The position numbers and the translations under genes are program-made. From the human T2T-CHM13v2.0 reference genome, Homo sapiens: DNA of 64,000 nucleotides. The notes below the pieces were generated by a model. That model searched no databases. It was not told where the DNA came from and was given only the letters and a program-made list of their open reading frames with translations. The stretch lies in NCBI RefSeq assembly GCF_009914755.1, contig NC_060930.1. One strand, written 5' to 3'. This document shows positions 56,076 through 64,000 of the stretch, piece by piece; the first letter of the stretch is position 1, and each line of letters begins with the position of its first letter.

Positions 56076-59000
56076 CAGTTAACTTGAGCAAATCGTATAC
56101 AACAAACTAGAACTATCACGTAGTGCATGCCATTACTGTGCTTTCTCCTCATTTGGAAGCTGAAATGATTTCTTACACCTTGTGTCCAAGATAATGAGGT
56201 ATTGTGTTTCTTTGAACTCTCCCTAACAATGTGTTTTTCCAGTACTGATTGTTGATGTCCTGTTAGCACTCTTATCCTGTTCTGTCCTGACTGGAATAAC
56301 GGATCATTTGATTTGGTTCTTTTACTAGTGTTCAATCTTTTGCATATGCGAATGATTCTCATTACACACAGTCTATATCAAATGGTTTCTCAGGGGACTT
56401 TACATCTTTCTTACATGCTTTGCAAAATTCTTTAATATTTTTGGCCTAAGAAGGGTAATGATTCTCTCTAAAATGACTATCCATTGTCTGAGTGTCTGCT
56501 TCCCATTCTGTGATTTGCATTTACTCTGCCTGTTTTAATGTTGTTGTTTTTTCTCAAACTGAGAGAAAATTAATTTGCCTCCACTTCTAAGCATCTGGGC
56601 CTCATAGAGGAATCTTCTTTCACTTTCTCTCTCTCCCTCTTCATCTTTTCTTTTTGAATCTACTTTATTCTTCTCTAGTCTTGTTTCTCTTTCTCCTTAC
56701 CCCAAGCTTCACTTCTCTGTGTTATTTGCAAAGTAACCTCTATTAATCTCATGGTCTAGAAGCACTGCTGGTGAAGAAACAGTGACTCTGAAGTCTCATC
56801 TGATCACCTGCCATAGTATCAAACATGTCTAACACCAGATCTGTCATGACAAGTTTTCCAAAATTCCAGTGAGAAATGAAACTCAATAGCTAAAGGACTT
56901 CGTTCCTTGTAGTTTGGTGGGATTCATAACCAAGGTGCTCTGCTGCTAGGGAATAGGAACATTGCAGACACTTAGTTACCTAAGAAGGAGGCTGCTGAAT
57001 TCCAAATTTCACACCAGAAAAATGCATATACAGTGTGTGTGAGGATATTTCTATCTTTCTATGATCCAAATTAACTCTTACTGCTACTTAGAAAGCAACA
57101 AGTTCATAGTCCTGAAATGACCCATTCATTGAGAAACAATAGAAGACATAAGATAATATTTTATTGCAAATAGTAGTCTACATTCCCTCTTTGTTCCTTT
57201 CTGAATTATTTTTCAGATCTAGTAATACTTTCTTTTTTATATGTCATGGATGAGTTTTTAGAAGTCGCTCTTACTAAGGAGAGGAACAAAAAAAGTGACC
57301 TTAATTGTGATGTCTTTGTAGTTATAATATCTTTAACTACAAATACAAGATTCTGAAGCACTGCTGACAGTATGAAAATTTTGCACACTGTCTGTCTTGT
57401 CAGCAAGATTTCTTCCTTTTTTTTCCCGGAATATCCTGGAATATGATCATTTGAATAGACTGTTCATATAGGGAGGAGAGGAACTGATTAAGAAGAATTA
57501 GAAAAAATATACTGTTAAGTTAGCCAGGGTGAGTTAAAGATCATTAAACTTGGTTATATACTCTTTAAAAATGGAAAAGAAAAATCAAACAATAACTTCA
57601 GAAAAATAGTTACTTAAAAGACAGGCTTTTGATGACAGCTTATGAAAAATCAAATATTCTTTTCTGTGGGCATTAATGCATTATGAAGGACTCCCTTTTG
57701 TTCTGACACTTGAAGTAGGAAACCATTTCCTTTGTCTTGGCCTTACTCTCTGTATTGTTGCCTAGAAACACAGTCTTTTAGAGACATTTGCCCATCAAAG
57801 TGCAGATAAGGTAACACATTTACTTTTCAAATGAAAATTACTAGAAAGAAGTGAAGTGAAGGTAGGTTAAACAAAATGAGTTTTTTGTTATGTGTAGGTA
57901 GAGCCTAAAATTACTCACACTACCTGCGTACAAATACCGAAGAATTAAGTATAATCACAAAGAAAAGCATAAAGCTATAGGGTGATTTCTTTTTTAAGAA
58001 AGCAAAAAATAGGCTTCTCAGTGTTAAAATTGTTAAAGGAACCATATGTAGAAGCTCATTATCTGCACAGTAAAACGATTAACAGTTGACTATATGCCAA
58101 GCATTTTCTCTTTGAATGTTCCAACATTATCCCAGATTGTTTGAGATTGGCCAACTGTTGCTAATCCATTTGCTTTGCGGGGTCACATCAAAGACATCCA
58201 AAGAGTCTGGTCAAAGGATGAGGTTGTGTTTGTCTATGGATTATTTTATATTGTTTATTCTGCTTTTGTATAGCTTTATCTTCCTTTCCATAAGATATAA
58301 TTATTTTTTAATACTCAGGATAAAATTATCACTACAAATTCTACTCACTCACTAGGACGAGTAGCATTTGTTGTTATGAGTAGAATTTGTACTAGAAAAA
58401 AAGTAGATGGCTGCAATAAATATTTCACCACATGCATACGTGATATAAAATGCACTTCCTGTACTCATTTCTCATTAGAAGTTTAGCCACGAAGTAGCTT
58501 TTCAAGAAAATTCAGGGGATCATATAATAGCTGGCACTGTCAAAATTAAAAAAAAAAAAAAAAAAAAACATGTTTTCTCTCAGTTGGACCCATTGTCCTT
58601 GAAGAAATATCCTGAGTGATTAATTCATCTTGGTTTTCTCTCTAGAAAGTAGGGTTTTTTCCACTTCTCCCCACTGCTATTCGTGTGCTTTACTCATGGG
58701 GACCCTCACTGTAACTGGTAACCAAAATCATGACCAAAAGAATATTAACTCTTTTAACTCCTCTCAAAAGGTTAAGATGAAAGATGGTTTATACTTCCAA
58801 AAAGTGGTGTGTATTAACCTCCAAGTAAGGAATTAGTAGTGATTACACGTGGAGATGACGTCTCAGTTACCCAGAACCTATCCATATGAAAGCATTTCTA
58901 TTAGGGCACTTCTTTGGATACCATCCACGCACAGCAGAAATGTTCAACTAAAACTTTTGTGTTGAATCAAACTTGGTTTATTACAGTAACTCTGACAAGG

Positions 59001-59222
59001 ACTTAACTATAACATTTTAATAGGTTCTACAGTAAATAAGTCACTATTACTATCTTTTTTTTGTTTTGTACTAGCAAAGATAATCACTTGTGATTCCATG
59101 TTGTAACTCACATGAGGGTTAATGATGTGCTGTGGAAATGCAGTGTGAGTTCACAATAAGGGTAGCAAATGGTGGGAAAGTGACTAGGAAGCATATGAGG
59201 AAAACTAATAGAAGGTAAGGGT

Positions 59223-59466
59223 TATTTTATTAAGGTTTGTACAGATTCATTTTCAAATTGACTCACATTTCCAGAGATGAGTGTTCTCCTCTTCCTGCAG
59301 GGAAGGGTTCTTTCTCGCGGGAAACGTATGTCCGGCGTGATTTTAGGAAGAAAGGGAGAGGTCAGAGAGCCCTTCTCGCATCTGCTGTTTCTCAATTGCC
59401 TTCTGTTCAAAATAGTTAATTTGCCAAAGTGGCGTATTTTGGGGTGACATATTCTGGTCCCCTTCA
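59223..59466 (-). mobile_element. MER34/MER39-like ERV1 LTR, 5' half only
   Basis: Minus strand starts 'tgaaggggaccagaatatgtcaccccaaaatacgccactttggca...aaggcaattgagaaacagcagatgc'. Confidence 0.75.
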
Positions 59467-60759
59467 GTAGGAAATTATTTTAAACAAATGAATAATTGAA
59501 TTAGGAGGGAGGATGAAGCAAGATGCAAATGAAATTGCTTATAGAATGACAGAAAAAATAAAAGTATAATTTGAGAGGTATTAAATAGTTTATGGTATAA
59601 AATATTAAATAATATTAATGTGATTTATTTTTAATTTAGTATATGTCAGTTCTGTTATTTGGCCCAAGATACTCATTTCAATTGAACTTTTTATATAATG
59701 GCAACTGAATTAGACATACTGATAATTGCCTTCTTTGTGGGATCTCTTAAGTAAGTTACCAAATTGAAAAGACAATAGCAAATAATTCCCATACTTTTAA
59801 AGGCCAAGCAGAAGAACAATAAAAAACTTGGAATGCATTTCTAAAGAAAGATTGAGTTTTGAAACAACTTGGATATTTTTATATCCCATTGCCTGCATGC
59901 CCTAACCATTGTTAGCGTCTTTGGCTATTAATCCTATTATCTTTGTTCAAATTATTACTGTGTACTATCTCAGAAAGATTAGTATTTTTATCTTTTTTTT
60001 TCCATCTTTGTTCTAAATTTACAAGTGAGATTACCACACTCAAATTTGGCTTAATAGATTATTCATGCCTAACTAATGAATTAAATGGATTTTGTCTTTG
60101 GCCTTTGCCTGAAAAGAAAAACAAAACAACAAAACAACAATTACAAAAAACAGCAATAAAAGCAGCTTACTTGCAATCTGGATCACATATCCTCTTTATT
60201 TTACTATTCTCAACAGGGTTAGAATTGCATTGAGCCAAGATGCAGCAGTGCTGTGCTGAAGTTGTTTGTCTTTTAAGGTTCAGTGAAAATCACTGTGAGG
60301 TTCTGACCTTTCCAACAGATAGTATGTGTTTGGGGACTGTTACAGTATTTGCGATGAGTTCCTCAGGATCTTATTATAAATGGTTGAGTAAATCTCCAAA
60401 CCCTCAACTTCATGACATACAAAAGAAAATTATTTTCAAAATAAGAACTAATTCCCGAGATAAAAATAGGAAAACACATACATTTTTGCAAGCTAGTCAA
60501 GAAAAATCATTGAATTTAACTGCATTTCACATCTAAATAGTTTAAACATTTCTGTTGCTGATATTGATTGTCAAATACAAATGCACACCTGTGCTCTTTC
60601 CTGTGAGTTCTCAAAGTGATGTACCAGTGCTGGAAATTGAATTTTCTATTTTTTCATATTTTAGTGACCAAAATCATTGAGTGTCATATGAACTATTACT
60701 ATTAATTAAGAAATAATAAAGAAGAATATACAAGCATTGATCTTACAGCCAATGAAGCA

Positions 60760-60930
60760 CAGTGAGAAAAGCAAGGGCTTTGGAGTCAGAAAGACCTAGA
60801 CTCTGAAGTGAATGTAATTGTTAGACATGTAAGTTTGATCAATACATCTTACCTTTGTGAGATTTATGTTCTCCATATGTAAAATGTACATAATAATACC
60901 TACCTCATCAGGTTTTCAAAGGAGCACATA
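60760..60930 (+). mobile_element. MIR
   Basis: 'gggctttggagtcagaaagaccta...tgtaaaatg...ataataatacctacctcat'. Confidence 0.75.
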
Positions 60931-61013
60931 TTTATGTTTCTAGCCCAATATAGGGACCCAAAAGGTGATGTTAATTTTGACACTACAATCAAAACAAATA
61001 AAAAATTAAACAG

Positions 61014-61426
61014 TGTTGTGGTCTGAATGTGGAACCCCAAATGCATATGTTGAAACTTAATAGCCAACATGATACTATTAAGTGGTGGAAACTTTAGAAG
61101 GTGATTAATTCATGAGGGGGCAGAGCCCTCATGGATGGGATTATGGCCCTTATAAAAGGATTTGAAAGAGTGGGTTCCTTTCCTTCCACCTTGTAGGAGC
61201 ACAGCATTCATCCCTTTCAGGGGATGAAGCAACAGGATGTGATCTTTGAAGCAGAGGGCAGCACTCACCAGACACTGAATCTGCTAGTGCCTGGGCAGAT
61301 GTCTCTTTGAGATACTGACTTCCTTTCCTGTCCTAGCCTTTAAAACTGTGACAAATAATTTTTTTGTTCTTTATAAGTTATCCAGTCTCAAGTGTTTCCT
61401 TAAAGCAGCACGAATAGACTAAGGCA
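61014..61426 (+). mobile_element. MST (MaLR) solo LTR
   Basis: 'tgttgtggtctgaatgt...ccccaaatgcatatgttgaaactta...gagccctcatggatgggatta...agcagcacgaatagactaaggca'. Confidence 0.87.
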
Positions 61427-61464
61427 GTATGTAATACATATTATACTGTTGTAAACACTTTTAA

Positions 61465-61732
<268 letters not shown>

Positions 61733-62496
61733 TTAATTTAACTTTGAATAAAAATTGTCTAAAGGGGTATAATGTGCTGTTTTGATACACATATACAATG
61801 AACTGATCACTCCAATAAAACCAATTAACATATTCAGCTCATTACATAGTTACTACTGTGTGTGTGTATGTGTGTGTGTGTGATAAGTACACTTAATATC
61901 TACCATCTTAGCAAGTTTCAAACATACAACACAGTATTATTAACTGTAGTCATCATGCTGTACATTAGAACTCTAGAACTTCTTCATCCTACATAAATGA
62001 ACTTTTATACCCTTTAACCAACATCTCATTTTCCTCACTCCAACCCCTGAACCATGACTGGACCCCTAGTAACCATCATTCTACTCTCTGCTTCTATTCA
62101 TTATTATTTTCTTTTTTAGATTCAACATTTAAGTGAGATCATGCAATGTTTTTCTTTTTGTCTGACTTATTTTACTTAGCATAATGACCCCCCAACCAGG
62201 TTTATCCGTATTGTCATAAATGGTAGGATTTCCTTCTTTTTAAGGCTGATTAACACTTTGTTTTCTATATGTCTATATGTTCATCTATGATGCACACAGC
62301 TTATTTCCTTATCTTGGCTATTGTGAATAATACTGCAATGAACATGAGGATACAGATAACTCTTCAAGATATTGGTTTCTTTTCCTTTGAATATATACCC
62401 AGAAGAAGGATTGCTGGATCAATGGTAGTTCTATTTTTAATTTTTTGAGGAACCTCCAAACAGTTTTCCCTATGGCTATACCAATTAACATTCCCA
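61733..62496 (-). mobile_element. L1MA (MA8-10-like) 3' segment
   Basis: 'catcatgctgtacattagaactctagaactt', 'ggattgctggatc', 'gaggaacctccaaacagttttcc'. Confidence 0.87.
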
Positions 62497-63334
62497 GAGT
62501 AGAGAGCCCAGAAATAAATCTATACATATATGGCCAGCTAATTTTCAACCAGGGCACCAAGAAAAAGATCGTTGCAACAATCTTTGGAAAATCCAATCTG
62601 CCACATATTTCAAGGGAGAAGACAGTTTTAAGAAGAGAGATAAAGTCATAAGTGTTTATTACCACAGACAGCCTAGGTTACATGAACATTGAAGAAAAAG
62701 ATAAGTCTTTCAATAAAGAGTGTTGGGAAAACCGGATATCCACATGCAGGAAATGAAATTAGACATGTATCTTATGATATACACAATAATCAATTCGAAA
62801 TGGGTTAAAGACTTAAATATAAGACCTGAAATCTTAACACTCCTAGAAGAAAATGTAGGGAAAATTTCCATGATATTGGTCTTGGCAGTGACCAAACAAA
62901 AGCAACAAAAACAAAAATAAATAAGTAGGGCTACACCAAAATGAAGTTTCTACACAGCAAAGGAAAGTATCAATAATGAAATGGCAAACTACCGACTGGG
63001 ATGAAGTATTTGCAAACTCTATATCTGATAGGGGTTTAATATTTAAAATATATGAGGAATTTATACAACACAGTAGCAAAAAAATAAATAATAGCCTAAT
63101 TTAAAAATTGGCAAAGGACCTGAACAGACCTTTCTCCAAAGAAGACGTACCTACCAATGGTCAATAGGTATGTGAAAAAGTGTTCAAGGTCATTCATCAC
63201 CAGTAAAATGCAAATTAAAAGCACAATGAGTTATGAGCTAATATCTGTTAATGTGGTTATTACCAAAAAGAGAAAAAATAACAAGTGTTGGAGGGTATAT
63301 TGAGGAATGAGAACCCTTATTGTAAAGACTGTTG
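62495..63334 (+). mobile_element. Inverted ORF2 segment of the same L1MA (5' inversion)
   Basis: RVESPEINLYIYGQLIF and INSKWVKDLNIRPE motifs on the plus strand; ends 'gaaccct...actgttg'. Confidence 0.87.
62571..62695 (-). repeat. ~125-bp inverted copy of 63484-63609 inserted in L1 ORF2
   Basis: Manual alignment of the reverse complement gives about 11 mismatches and 1 gap in 126 columns. Confidence 0.93.
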
Positions 63335-63574
63335 ACTTATTCACAATATGATTTTTTTGCCTTCTTACCTCTTAAGATTTTTACTTGTATTATTTTTATT
63401 TACATATGCATACTCGTTTAACAAGACAAATTGCTCAAGCCAAAAGTGCCAATAAATCCTTAATAGCAAACTACTGGCCTTTATCTTCAATGTTCATGTA
63501 ACCTAGACTCTTTGTAGTAATAAACACTTATGACCTTTATCTTTCTCCTTAATACTGTCTTCTCCCTTGGAATA

Positions 63575-63745
63575 TGTAGCTGATTGTATTTTCCAAAGAT
63601 TGTTGCAACAGTAACTCCCATCTCACTTGCCATTCTTATAATATGACTTTATATTTCTTCTACGGAAAGGTGTAGTCTATGTCCCTACTTGTGAAATGCA
63701 GAGAGCTACTGTACTTTTCCAGTGGAAGAAAATCTTTGTGATTTT
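63575..63745 (+). mobile_element. MLT1G-like LTR 5' part
   Basis: 'tgtagctgattgtattttccaaagat...caaca...tcccatctcac'. Confidence 0.75.
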
Positions 63746-63749
63746 AAAT

Positions 63750-64000
63750 GAGGAAAACATTTTTTGATAAGACACTAAAAACATGATCCACACTTAAAAA
63801 ATGATAAAACTGACTTTACTGATACTAAAACTTCTGTTCTTCAAAAGAAACTATTAAGAGAATGAAAATAAAATCCACAGGATAGGAGAAAATATTTTCC
63901 AATCATGTATCTGGTAAGTTACTTGTATCCAGAATAAGTAAAGAACCCTCAAAAGTTAAGAATTAAAGAAAAAATAAAACAGAGATAAATGATTTAAACA
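63750..64000 (+). mobile_element. Old L1M ORF2 3' fragment (runs off the window)
   Basis: 'aaaacttctgttcttcaaaaga...ggagaaaatattt...acttgtatccagaata'. Confidence 0.8.

Overview
AT-rich, CpG-poor primate (human-like) genomic DNA, either intergenic or deep intronic. No host protein-coding exon is recognisable; every protein-like ORF in the track comes from a transposon (L1 ORF1/ORF2, mariner transposase). The window is largely interspersed repeat: about 10 Alus, a near full-length but dead L1PA3/4 nested in an older L1M, several older L1M elements, L2/MIR, solo LTRs (MLT1, MLT2, MST, MER21, MER34-like, LTR47-like) and DNA transposons (HSMAR2, Charlie1a, MER82, MER30, MER20, MER58, MER5). There is also a BC200 (BCYRN1) retropseudogene with target-site duplications (TSDs). 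The most notable unexplained structure is a set of short templated insertions. One is a 136-bp inverted copy, 135/136 identical (5298-5433 vs 6755-6890). Another is an older ~125-bp inverted copy, ~90% identical (62571-62695 vs 63484-63609). Both copies sit ~1 kb left of their donors. Two L1s also carry clean internal inversions. I see no evidence of a new gene system; these rearrangement scars and a candidate minus-strand spliced non-coding transcript are the best leads. Repeat subfamily names come from remembered consensus sequences, not a database search, and boundaries of old repeats are approximate.
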